Translations under genes and position numbers: made by a program
Part shown: in pieces, positions 14,124 through 22,365 of the stretch
How the letters are laid out: the number at the start of each line of letters is the position of its first letter
How positions within the stretch are numbered: the stretch's first letter is position 1
Virus record (IMG/VR): IMGVR_UViG_3300025916_000008
Span: 1-40,844 of that record
Length of the DNA stretch: 40,844 bases
Source of the DNA: a virus
Taxonomy: Duplodnaviria; Heunggongvirae; Uroviricota; Caudoviricetes
Strand: one strand, 5' to 3'
The notes under the pieces: generated by a model
Databases searched by the model: none
The model's input: only the letters and a program-made list of their open reading frames with translations
Told to the model about the DNA's origin: nothing

Positions 14124-14197
14124 TCCGGTGTAGCTCAATTCGGCAGAGCAGGCGGCCGTTAACCGCAAGGTTCCAGGTTCGATTCCTGGTACCGGAG
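14124..14197 (+). tRNA. tRNA-Asn(GTT), C33
   Basis: Cloverleaf; CC-GTT-AA; G73. Confidence 0.9.
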
Positions 14198-14247
14198 CAT
14201 CACGGTTGGCGCGGCGGGTAAAATCCCAGCCTTAACCGCGCCGTCAT

Positions 14248-14322
14248 GGTCTTGCAGGGCAGCCAGGAGTGCCCACCTCCCTGTCAAGGAGGAGATCGCC
14301 GGTTCGAATCCGGTCAGGACCG
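14248..14322 (+). tRNA. tRNA-Asp(GTC)
   Basis: Cloverleaf; CT-GTC-AA; G73. Confidence 0.9.
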
Positions 14323-14381
14323 CCGGGAAGGTCATCGGCAGAAGTGAAAGAGCGCGCCTTGTCGAGGGCGGCTCGCCTTCC

Positions 14382-14522
14382 CTACAGCCCGGTTATCCGC
14401 CGCCGGTTGTGCAGCTCGGCCTCGCCGAGCCGCTCCAGCCCGTGCACCGCGCCGCTGCGCCGGCCGCAGGCGAAGCCGACGATGAAGGCGACGACGATGA
14501 TCACGGCAAGTGCAAGTCCCAT
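14382..14522 (-). CDS. 46-aa single-TM protein antisense to tRNA array
   Basis: MGLALAVIIVVAFIVGFACGRRSG...; TATCGT 7 nt before ATG; below ORF-track cutoff. Confidence 0.65.
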   Translation of the reverse strand: MGLALAVIIVVAFIVGFACGRRSGAVHGLERLGEAELHNRRRITGL

Positions 14523-14571
14523 GTAACAAACGATACGTTTCCCTGGCTTACCTGGCCACCGGGGACGAAAC

Positions 14572-14643
14572 GGGCGCTTAGCTCAGCGGAAGAGCGCTTC
14601 TCTGACACAGAAGAGGCCGGAGGGTCAGCACCTCCAGTGCCCA
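14572..14643 (+). tRNA. tRNA-Val(GAC), atypical T loop
   Basis: CT-GAC-AC; T loop GTCAGCA. Confidence 0.85.
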
Positions 14644-14650
14644 CGGTAAG

Positions 14651-14728
14651 AGGACAGTGGTGAAATCGGTAGACATTGGCGAGGAAGGGTGCCACCCCCT
14701 CATGCAGGTTCGAGTCCTGCCTGTCCTC
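14651..14728 (+). ncRNA. tRNA-Leu-like RNA with remodelled anticodon arm
   Basis: AGGACAG/CTGTCCT acceptor, Leu-type D region GGTGAAATCGGTAGAC, perfect T arm; no 7-nt anticodon loop. Confidence 0.55.
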
Positions 14729-14771
14729 TCGCTAAAGGCGGCCCTGGTTGCAACCGGGGCCGCCTCAACTC

Positions 14772-14844
14772 GCGGACGTAGCTCAACGGATAGAGCGTCA
14801 GCCTACGGAGCTGAGCGTTGGGGGTTCGAGTCCCTCCGCCCGCA
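14772..14844 (+). tRNA. tRNA-Arg(ACG)
   Basis: Cloverleaf; CT-ACG-GA. Confidence 0.95.
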
Positions 14845-14989
14845 CGGTCCCCAGGGACTGGTCCATGGCTCCCCTGCACGGCTCCTCATGTGGGAGACAT
14901 GCCGTGCGCCGCCGCACTTGCCCCACCCTGGGAGCGGCGGAGTTCCTGGGCGACTGCTCAATGAGTGGTTGAAGCAGTCATCACATCAC

Positions 14990-15061
14990 GGGCGACTAGC
15001 TCAAAGGAAGAGCGCTGGTCTCACACACCAGGGGTTGAAGGTTCGAGCCCTTCGCCGCCCA
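14990..15061 (+). tRNA. tRNA-Val(CAC)
   Basis: Cloverleaf; CT-CAC-AC. Confidence 0.95.
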
Positions 15062-15063
15062 CC

Positions 15064-15136
15064 GGGTCGTAACCCAAACGGTTGCGGGGCCTGCCTGTGG
15101 AGCAGGTATTAGCGGGTTCGACCCCCGCACGACCCT
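15064..15136 (+). tRNA. tRNA-His(GTG), irregular 5' region
   Basis: CCTGC-CTGTGGA-GCAGG arm, T arm; position-8 register and discriminator atypical. Confidence 0.7.
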
Positions 15137-15140
15137 CCGT

Positions 15141-15236
15141 GGTGAACATGGTGCAACGGAAGCACGCCGGCCTAGCTGGATTTACTGCTCTCGTGGAGCC
15201 GGAGACCGCCGGGGTTCGACTCCTGGCGTGTTCATC
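15141..15236 (+). tRNA. tRNA-His-like gene with 19-nt insertion in anticodon loop
   Basis: G-1:C73, GTGAACA/TGTTCAT acceptor; loop CT+[15174-15192]+GTGGA; T stem extended. Confidence 0.7.
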
Positions 15237-15242
15237 ACCCCT

Positions 15243-15323
15243 GGCGGAGTGACCCGAGATGGCATGGGGGCGGTCTGTAAAACCGCTGCTTCGGCACGGC
15301 TGGTTCGAGCCCAGCGTCCGTCA
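15243..15323 (+). tRNA. tRNA-Tyr(GTA)
   Basis: Type II; CT-GTA-AA. Confidence 0.9.
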
Positions 15324-15334
15324 CGTAGTTCTTT

Positions 15335-15407
15335 GCGCCCGTAGCTCAGCGGATAGAGCACCGCCCTCCGGAGGCGGGGGCCGGGGGTTCGAGTCCCTCC
15401 GAGCGCA
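15335..15407 (+). tRNA. tRNA-Arg(CCG)
   Basis: Cloverleaf; CT-CCG-GA. Confidence 0.95.
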
Positions 15408-15577
15408 CTGGGAAGTGGTGTAAGAGGGCGATCCGGCCAAGCTCGTGGCCACGGGCGAAGGCAGGGGAAGCCCCTCGACAGCGCTGCCCGCCGAGACCAT
15501 GGCAGCCGGCGGGCGGACAGCATCCCCGGGTTCCACCCCGGGGCGGTCCTGGCGAGAACCCAGGCTTCCCAGCCAAC

Positions 15578-15648
15578 CGCAGGGTGTCCGAGAGGCGAGG
15601 TCCTGGTCTGCAAAACCAGGTACGCGGGTTCGAATCCCGTCTCTGCGT
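15578..15648 (+). tRNA. tRNA-Cys(GCA)
   Basis: CT-GCA-AA; U73. Confidence 0.9.
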
Positions 15649-15683
15649 CGGGAACCGGGTGCGGTGCATCCATTCCGGTTCTA

Positions 15684-15756
15684 AGCCCGGTAGCTCAGGG
15701 GATAGAGCTATCGCCTCCTAAGCGAGTGGTCGGGGGTTCGAGTCCCTCCCGGGCTG
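15684..15756 (+). tRNA. tRNA-Arg(CCT)
   Basis: Cloverleaf; CT-CCT-AA. Confidence 0.9.
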
Positions 15757-15813
15757 CCCCGCGTGTTCCGCTGCTGAGTCCCTCCGCCCTGGAAGCAGGG
15801 AGGAGGCCAACAC

Positions 15814-16143
15814 ATGCCAACGATCCCGCCGGATACCGTCGCCGCAGGGCAGACCGGGCACCTGGACGCCCACAACAACATCAGCGACGTGCTGACCGCT
15901 TTCCAGGCCCAGCTCAGCGGAATCCCTGCCCTCAAGGCCGGCACCGCCGCGCTGGTCGCCGGGACCGTCAGCGTCTCCCTGTCCTCGGTGAGCACCGGCA
16001 CCATCGTGCTGGTGTCCCGGCTGGTACCCGGCGGCACCGTGGGGCACCTGTCGGTGCCGACCGTCAGCAACGGCACCGGCTTCACTATCGCCTCCACCTC
16101 GGTCTCCGAGACCTCCACCGTCGCCTGGCTCGCTATCGGGTAG
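15814..16143 (+). CDS. Small beta-rich putative virion protein
   Basis: GGAGGAGG RBS, CCCTGGAAG motif; GTAALVAGTVSV...GFTIASTS..VAWLAIG resembles short fibre/decoration modules. Confidence 0.7.
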   Translation: MPTIPPDTVAAGQTGHLDAHNNISDVLTAFQAQLSGIPALKAGTAALVAGTVSVSLSSVSTGTIVLVSRLVPGGTVGHLSVPTVSNGTGFTIASTSVSETSTVAWLAIG

Positions 16144-16172
16144 CGGCCACGGAAGGGGCAGGAGGAAACCAC

Positions 16173-16727
16173 ATGTCAGTCATGGAAACGTCCCTGCCGG
16201 GACCAGGCGACGCGCTCGCCGTCATGTGCCAGAACCAGATGTCCGGCCCCACCGTGATCGCGGCCGACGCGAAGCGGAACTACGAGGTCGTCTTCCAGGG
16301 CAAGGGCCACCCCGACGGCGAGGACGTCCAGCCGATCCCGGAGGCGCTGCTCAACACGATCCAGTTCCGCCGGGCGCTCAGCCGGGGCGTCATCGTCGCC
16401 ATCGAGGGGGCTGACCACCCGATCGTCCAGCAGGCCCTCGCCCGCCAGTCTGACGCCTTCGCCAAGCGGATGGCCACGCAGCAGATGTCCGACCGCGAGG
16501 TGCTCGACTCCCCGGCCGCCGCCGACATCATCGTCGTCAACTGCATCGGCCCCGGCTCCCGGCCCGGCGCGGTCTGCGGCGAGCAGGTCCCGGTGAAGTC
16601 CGGCGACACCGGCAAGCCGCCGCTGTGCGACCGCCACCAGGGCCTGAAGGACCGCTGCCTCAAGCGCGGAGACGGCCCCTGGGTCCTGGAGGACGACGCC
16701 TCGATGTACGAGGGGACGAACTTCTAA
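16173..16727 (+). CDS. Hypothetical protein (structural operon)
   Basis: ATG 16173 after GGAGG; TAATG coupling to next gene; C-terminal C...C..C.H motif. Confidence 0.75.
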   Translation: MSVMETSLPGPGDALAVMCQNQMSGPTVIAADAKRNYEVVFQGKGHPDGEDVQPIPEALLNTIQFRRALSRGVIVAIEGADHPIVQQALARQSDAFAKRMATQQMSDREVLDSPAAADIIVVNCIGPGSRPGAVCGEQVPVKSGDTGKPPLCDRHQGLKDRCLKRGDGPWVLEDDASMYEGTNF

Positions 16728-17152
16728 TGCCGTGGGGGCGTAACCCGGACCACGCCGCGATGACCGGGACCTATGACACCAGCGACACCGCCGGCCCGGA
16801 CGCGCCCCACACCGAGCTGCGCGGGGTGACGGCCGCGTTCGACCTGGCCCGCGCCAGCGACCTGGCGTGGGCGCTGCGGGGGATGGACCCCTCCGACGAG
16901 GCCGTCTCCTCGAACATCGTCCAGACCAGCCCGGGGCTGACCGTCAACCGGGGCGACCCGGACGGCGACAGGGCGCGGGTAACCGCCGCCGCCGCCCGTG
17001 CCCGCCAGGCCCTGGAAGAGGCAGGGATGGAGCTTGACCCGGTGTCCGGGGCGATCCGCTGGCGCGACCACACCGCGCCGTGGCAGAACCACGCCGCCGC
17101 GATCGGCCCCATGACCGTCGTCGATGACAACACGGACCGGAGCGCCGGATGA
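16727..17152 (+). CDS. Hypothetical protein
   Basis: Coupled TAATG start and ATGA end. Confidence 0.7.
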   Translation: MPWGRNPDHAAMTGTYDTSDTAGPDAPHTELRGVTAAFDLARASDLAWALRGMDPSDEAVSSNIVQTSPGLTVNRGDPDGDRARVTAAAARARQALEEAGMELDPVSGAIRWRDHTAPWQNHAAAIGPMTVVDDNTDRSAG

Positions 17153-19452
17153 CAACCCCCGCCGACTTCTACGGCGTCCCCCTGATCAGCGTCACGACCC
17201 AGGTGGACACGATCACCATCAGCCACACCGTCCCGGCTGCCCTCTCCAAGAAGGGCATCGTCTCCTACCCGTCGCTGGAGACCGCCGGGGCGACGCCGAC
17301 CTCCGACGTGATCACCGTCTTCGACGTCACCACGGCCACCGCCCTGGTCCTGAACACCGACTACACGCTGACCGCCTCCGGCAGCTCGCCGGAGACCCAG
17401 ACCTACTCGGTCACCCGGGTCAACAGCTCCTCGGCCTCCGCCGACGGCAACACCTGCCGCGTCACCTACCGCTGGGGCACCGTCCCGGACAGCGCCCGTG
17501 ACTTCGGCGACTTCCAGGGCGAGGCGGGCGCAGCCCCGGCGGGCACCGCCTTCCAGGCGTCCAACCAGCCGACCAGCGGGTCGACGGTCGCTGGCATCGG
17601 CGAGCAGGCGGCCGGAGGGTCCCTCACCGACCCGGCCAACACCGTCAAGGGCGGCCCGGAGACCGGCTCCCCCGGCTCGGAGTACGGGGTCACCCCGACC
17701 CACCCGAGCACCTTCGGGTACAACGCCCTGGGCTCCCCCGATACCGAGGCGGTCTACGGCGGCGCGCTGCCGGAGAACTTCGTCCCGACCGACACCAGCT
17801 TCACCACGACGGTCGACACCACCGTGGCGGGCGGCTCCAACCTGGTGCCCGCGATGTTCCCGAGCCCGCCCGGGTACCGTGCCCCGTCGGCCGGGGTGGC
17901 GGGCGGGACGAAGGACACGACCCTGACGGACATCCTGGGCAACCAGGTGAACGCCACCGCGTCGCAGCCTCCCTCCGGGTACGCCGCGACGCTGGTCGAC
18001 ACCAGCTACATCGGGTCCCCGGCCGCTCCCACCGCGCTGGTGTCGCAGACCGACGCCTTCGCCGCCGACCAGGCAGGCTCCCCTGACTACCTGTCGCAGT
18101 CCGGGATCATCCCCTCGTCGATCGTCGTCACCAACACCACCACCTCGACGCTGATGGTGCTGACGACCGACTACACGGTGACCACCGCAGGGAACGGCCC
18201 GACCCTCAACGCCTACGTCACGCCGGTCGCGGGCACCAACTTCGCCAACGGGAACAGCGTCTCGGTCACCTACAACTGGGGCGACGCGACCTACTGGGAC
18301 TCCAACCCGCCAACCTCGGTCCCCGGCGCGCCGACGATGAACTCGGTCACCGCCGTCAACCGGGGCGTCAACGTCAACTGGAGCGCCCCGGCGACCGACG
18401 TCTACGTCCAGTACTACCTGCTCCAGTCCTCTGACCTGGGCACCATGTACGTCCCCTACACCGGGCAGCCGGTCAACTACGGGCAGACCTCCCCCTCGGG
18501 CGGCGCGAGCATCGGCCAGCCGACCTACCAGTCGGACGTCCTCAACCTGGTGACGGCGGCGCTGGCCGCCCCGGCGACCCCGACCTCCGCTACCGCCACC
18601 TCAGGCGGCACCGTGCTGGCCGGCACCTACACGATGGTCACCACCTACACGAACGCCAACGGGGAGACCCTGGCCTCGGCGACCCACACCCAGGTGACCA
18701 CCGGGTCGACGTCCACCCTGACGGTCAACTCCCCCGGCGCGCTGTCCGGGGCCACCCACTGGTACGCCTACGTCTCCCAGGTCGGCGGGACCACCCTGAC
18801 CAGGCAGCAGGCAGCCGGGTCCCCCACCCTGATCGGCACCAACCTGACGCTGACCGCCCCGCCGACCAGCACCGGGGCGAACCCGCCGACCCTGAACACG
18901 ACGATCCCGACCACCTCGAAGACGGGCGTCCTCACCCCGCCCGCCCAGGTCATCGTCAAGGACCTCACCACCGCCGGGGCCGAGGGCGACCCGATGCAGC
19001 CCGACGGCTTCGTGCTGGAGTACGGCTATGACTACACCATCACGGTGGTCGGGGCCGGCCCGTGGACGCAGTACCAGGTCGCCCTGGTCGCCAGCTCGGT
19101 GAACGCGGCGGCGGGCGACCAGATCGAGATCGACTACTGGTACGGGGCGGACCCCAGCTCGGTCAGCGCGGTGTTCACCCAGGGCCTGGTGCAGAACACC
19201 AACGTGATCTACCGGCCGGACGGCACCACCCCCTACAACCAGGGGTACAGGTTCCAGGTGGCGGCCGGCAACCAGCTCGGGGTCGGCCCGTGGTCCGCCT
19301 GGTCCTCCTACGCGGTCCCGCTGAACTACAACGAGCCGCAGGCCAACGCCAGCATCACCGTCGGCACCGGCTCCCTCGACCCGGCCAACACGATCAACCC
19401 GATCTACAAGCCGGACGGCACCGTCAAGGCGGGCACAGGGCTCGGAGGCTAG
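17149..19452 (+). CDS. Large Thr-rich virion protein with fibronectin-III/Ig-like modules
   Basis: PGAP...VNVNWSAP...YYLLQ and YRFQVAAGNQLGVGPWS FN3 signatures; repeated DYT modules. Confidence 0.75.
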   Translation: MTTPADFYGVPLISVTTQVDTITISHTVPAALSKKGIVSYPSLETAGATPTSDVITVFDVTTATALVLNTDYTLTASGSSPETQTYSVTRVNSSSASADGNTCRVTYRWGTVPDSARDFGDFQGEAGAAPAGTAFQASNQPTSGSTVAGIGEQAAGGSLTDPANTVKGGPETGSPGSEYGVTPTHPSTFGYNALGSPDTEAVYGGALPENFVPTDTSFTTTVDTTVAGGSNLVPAMFPSPPGYRAPSAGVAGGTKDTTLTDILGNQVNATASQPPSGYAATLVDTSYIGSPAAPTALVSQTDAFAADQAGSPDYLSQSGIIPSSIVVTNTTTSTLMVLTTDYTVTTAGNGPTLNAYVTPVAGTNFANGNSVSVTYNWGDATYWDSNPPTSVPGAPTMNSVTAVNRGVNVNWSAPATDVYVQYYLLQSSDLGTMYVPYTGQPVNYGQTSPSGGASIGQPTYQSDVLNLVTAALAAPATPTSATATSGGTVLAGTYTMVTTYTNANGETLASATHTQVTTGSTSTLTVNSPGALSGATHWYAYVSQVGGTTLTRQQAAGSPTLIGTNLTLTAPPTSTGANPPTLNTTIPTTSKTGVLTPPAQVIVKDLTTAGAEGDPMQPDGFVLEYGYDYTITVVGAGPWTQYQVALVASSVNAAAGDQIEIDYWYGADPSSVSAVFTQGLVQNTNVIYRPDGTTPYNQGYRFQVAAGNQLGVGPWSAWSSYAVPLNYNEPQANASITVGTGSLDPANTINPIYKPDGTVKAGTGLGG

Positions 19453-20112
19453 GTGGCAACCTTCAGCACGGTCCTCGGGCTCAAGCTCAACGACCCGACT
19501 GACCCGTTCCAGCTCAGCGACTTCATCGCGAACTGGCAGGTCCTCGACGCCTCGCCGGGGATCTTCATCTGCACGTCCACCTCCCGGCCCTCCTGGGGGA
19601 CCGCCCAGGCGGGCCGGCTGATCTTCATGAAGGACCTGAAGCAGACCAGCTACTGGGACGGGGCGACCTGGAACGACCTGCGCGACGCCGCGCCGATGTT
19701 CGCCGGCGGCTTCTTCCTGAACGCCGCGTGCAACCCGGGCTCCACCGGCACGTTCAACCTGCTGACCCTCACCACGCCCAGGCCGTCGTCGCTAGCCATC
19801 TGGGCGACGGCGACCTACACCTGCGACAACGACGACTTCCAGAGCGCCCAGCAGGCGATCACCTTCGACGGAACCCCGTCGCTGATGGGGTCGTTCCAGG
19901 AGGCGGTGCGGCCGTCAGGCGACAACAACGGGGGCGGCACCCAGATCCCGGACAGCGCCACCTCGATCACGATGATCCCGGCGGTTACCGCCGGCCAGCA
20001 CCAGATCGGGCTCCGGGTCCAGGTCAGCCACCATTACTGGGACACGGTTACCCTCGTCGGGGTGAAGGTGCTCGCGCTGGTCTCCGTCTACGCCACCGGA
20101 AACAGCCTGTAA
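19453..20112 (+). CDS. Putative tail fibre/minor tail protein
   Basis: N-terminal LGLKL.DPTDPF..SDF..NWQVLD followed by AGRLIF...YWDGATW, typical of fibre head-ends. Confidence 0.55.
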   Translation: MATFSTVLGLKLNDPTDPFQLSDFIANWQVLDASPGIFICTSTSRPSWGTAQAGRLIFMKDLKQTSYWDGATWNDLRDAAPMFAGGFFLNAACNPGSTGTFNLLTLTTPRPSSLAIWATATYTCDNDDFQSAQQAITFDGTPSLMGSFQEAVRPSGDNNGGGTQIPDSATSITMIPAVTAGQHQIGLRVQVSHHYWDTVTLVGVKVLALVSVYATGNSL

Positions 20113-20277
20113 CGGACACTGGAGCCTAAGGATGTGGAAGAGGGCGTAATGCCCCCGGTAGCCGTCCGACGTCCAGAACTTCTTCCCGCACTCGCAGATA
20201 TTGCGGCCGAAGAACCCGTAGAAGGGAAGCGGGATGGACGGGACCCAGGCTCCTTCGGCGTTCATCTGTAGATCCAC
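19915..20277 (-). CDS. Hypothetical protein, Cys/His-containing N-terminus (leaderless)
   Basis: TATGGT 6 nt before GTG 20277; CECGKKF...H...H motif; 3' part overlaps the opposite-strand gene. Confidence 0.45.
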   Translation of the reverse strand: MDLQMNAEGAWVPSIPLPFYGFFGRNICECGKKFWTSDGYRGHYALFHILRLQCPLQAVSGGVDGDQREHLHPDEGNRVPVMVADLDPEPDLVLAGGNRRDHRDRGGAVRDLGAAPVVVA

Positions 20278-20321
20278 GCCTGCACCATAGCCCCCGGAAG
20301 AATCGGAGGAGGTTCGCTCTC

Positions 20322-21218
20322 ATGACCGTCGACCCCGGCTTGATCGACTGGCGCGAGCGCACCTACCTGTCCCAGTACGCGCAGCCCCCGCTCACCTTCG
20401 CCATCTACGTCGGCGGGGTCCTGGCCGACCCGGACCACTCCTCGGTGACCGGCCGGCTGGTGATGCAGAACCCGGACGGCACCGAGGCGCTGGTCAACAC
20501 CTACACCGCCGCCCGGGAGGGCACCGGGACGTACGTGATCACCCCGTCCTCGGCCGACACGCAGACCCCCGGCTACGCCGAGCTGGACTGGGCTTACTCG
20601 ATCTCCGGGACGCCGCAGCAGTACGCCTCCTGGCTGACGATCGGCATCGCCAACCCGACCTGGGACTCCCTCCCCCAGGACATGCAGGACTTCCTGGAGC
20701 AGCAGGTCTGGGTGCGGTTCGCCGACCTCTTCGACTCCCCCGGCGGCGGCCCCAACCTCCAGAGCTACTTCCAGGCGCACTGGTCGCGGGGCCGGGCGGC
20801 GCAGATGATGAGCATCGCGCTGATGAAGATCAACGCGGTCGCCCAGCCGTGGTCGAACTACACGCTCGACGGAAACGGCGGCCCGAAGTACGCCATCCAG
20901 TTCTGGGGCGGGCTCCTGGCGAGCTACACCTACATCGAGTGCGTCAAGCAGCTCATCCGCTCCTACACCGAGCAGCCGGCCCTCTCCGGCCCGCCGGTCG
21001 CCCGGCTGGACCGTCGCGACTACGTGGACAGGTGGCGCTCCGCGCTCGCCGACGAGCAGGCGGAGCTGAAGTCGCTGCTGGACGTGTTCAAGATCCGGCA
21101 CATCATGAACGGGTCCCCCAGGGTCCTGGTCTCGGGCGGCACCTACGGGCGGTACGCTCCCACCCGCATCGCCGGCTCCGTCGCCGCCCGCCCGCGCATG
21201 TGGGCACGCTGGTACTGA
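20322..21218 (+). CDS. Putative head-tail adaptor/neck protein
   Basis: 298 aa; strong RBS and CCCCGGAAG motif; N-terminal beta domain plus C-terminal helical domain; function inferred from context. Confidence 0.55.
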   Translation: MTVDPGLIDWRERTYLSQYAQPPLTFAIYVGGVLADPDHSSVTGRLVMQNPDGTEALVNTYTAAREGTGTYVITPSSADTQTPGYAELDWAYSISGTPQQYASWLTIGIANPTWDSLPQDMQDFLEQQVWVRFADLFDSPGGGPNLQSYFQAHWSRGRAAQMMSIALMKINAVAQPWSNYTLDGNGGPKYAIQFWGGLLASYTYIECVKQLIRSYTEQPALSGPPVARLDRRDYVDRWRSALADEQAELKSLLDVFKIRHIMNGSPRVLVSGGTYGRYAPTRIAGSVAARPRMWARWY

Positions 21219-21245
21219 TACAGGGTTCCTCGGTATCCTCCTGGC

Positions 21246-21467
21246 ATGACCGCGACGGCCACCTGCCAGTGCGGCAAGGTCCCGGACCGGCCCTGCTCCG
21301 CCGCGATCACCCAGGAGGACCTGCTGTGCGACCAGTGCAGGGCATCCCTCCTGGAAGGCATGACTCACATCGTCTTCTCCTGGCTGACCTTGAGCGGGCC
21401 GGTCCCCCAGCACTACGCCGTCCCGGTGAAAGGCGTAGACGGGTTCTTCTCCATGGAAGCGTCATGA
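21246..21467 (+). CDS. Small Cys-rich protein (leaderless)
   Basis: CQC...C...CDQC; ATACAG-N10-TATCCT promoter motif. Confidence 0.65.
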   Translation: MTATATCQCGKVPDRPCSAAITQEDLLCDQCRASLLEGMTHIVFSWLTLSGPVPQHYAVPVKGVDGFFSMEAS

Positions 21468-21712
21468 GCGACGACAAGCGCCCGGCCTATGACTACCCGA
21501 TCGCCGACCCCCGGCACCGCTGCGTCCAGGGGCTGTGCGACAGCCACGCGGGCAAGGCGGGGGCTGACGCGGAGAACCTCCTGATGCTGGAGCGGTTCTT
21601 CCTCCCGCTCGACCCGCAGGAGGCGGCCGAGCGGGAGCGGGCCGTCACCGGGTCCGGGGTCCTCACCCGCGACATGATCGTCCGGGCGCTCGGCGGGGAG
21701 CCCGGTGGCTGA
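21464..21712 (+). CDS. Hypothetical protein
   Basis: ATGA-coupled start; MSDDKRPAYDYPIADPRHRC...; real 3' part of ORF 20849..21712. Confidence 0.6.
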   Translation: MSDDKRPAYDYPIADPRHRCVQGLCDSHAGKAGADAENLLMLERFFLPLDPQEAAERERAVTGSGVLTRDMIVRALGGEPGG

Positions 21713-21956
21713 CCCCTGGGAGCCGTACGAGCCGTGGCGGTCCTGGCAGGGCAACCTTGCCCCGGACGAGCTAGAGCGGTTCCGCCGTGACCTCGAACAC
21801 TCCCTGAAGAGCCCTGTGCGGTACCGGCTCCCGAACGGGAAGCTCACCAGGCGGGTGCCGCTGCCGCTGCGCGCCCGCCTCAGGCTTAGCGCCCGGGGGA
21901 TGGTGACCCGCTGGCTCTTGCGGCGGTACCGCCCCCGGAAGGTTCATGACCGCTAA
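21705..21956 (+). CDS. Hypothetical protein
   Basis: Overlap-coupled in the same cassette. Confidence 0.55.
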   Translation: MADPWEPYEPWRSWQGNLAPDELERFRRDLEHSLKSPVRYRLPNGKLTRRVPLPLRARLRLSARGMVTRWLLRRYRPRKVHDR

Positions 21957-22206
21957 GCGCGAGGCCGAGCTGGAGACCGAGAACCGCATGCTCCGTGAGC
22001 AGGTGGCCAGCCTTGAGAAGATCATCGAGCGGATGCAGCCGGTTATCTGCCTGGACAGCAGCCGCCTCGTCGGGGCCGCCGCGCCGCAGCCGCCGGTCTG
22101 GTACTGGTGGCCGAACAACACCTGGACCACCGACTTCACGGTGACCTGCGGCTCCGGCACGATCACGGGGCCGACGCCTGAGGGCTCCACAGTCAGCCCG
22201 CTCTGA
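21946..22206 (+). CDS. Hypothetical protein with N-terminal coiled coil
   Basis: REAELETENRMLREQVASLEKIIE heptads. Confidence 0.6.
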   Translation: MTAKREAELETENRMLREQVASLEKIIERMQPVICLDSSRLVGAAAPQPPVWYWWPNNTWTTDFTVTCGSGTITGPTPEGSTVSPL

Positions 22207-22365
22207 GTTACCCTGGGGTTGTCGAGGGTGCCCCCGTCCCACGGCACGGGCCGACTTCCCCCAAGCGGCCCCTCGCGAGCCCGCCTGCCGCTCCCGCCCC
22301 AATGGAAAGTCACCAGGCGGGCTCGCCCCTTTCCCCGGAAGACATGAGCCGGGGAGGAGGCCGGG

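Noticed and set aside
6241-15760. tmRNA, RNase P RNA or SRP RNA, as found in some large actinophages
   Set aside because: No tmRNA tag ORF or TLD pair, no GAGGAAAGUCC, and no SRP domain IV motif recognised.
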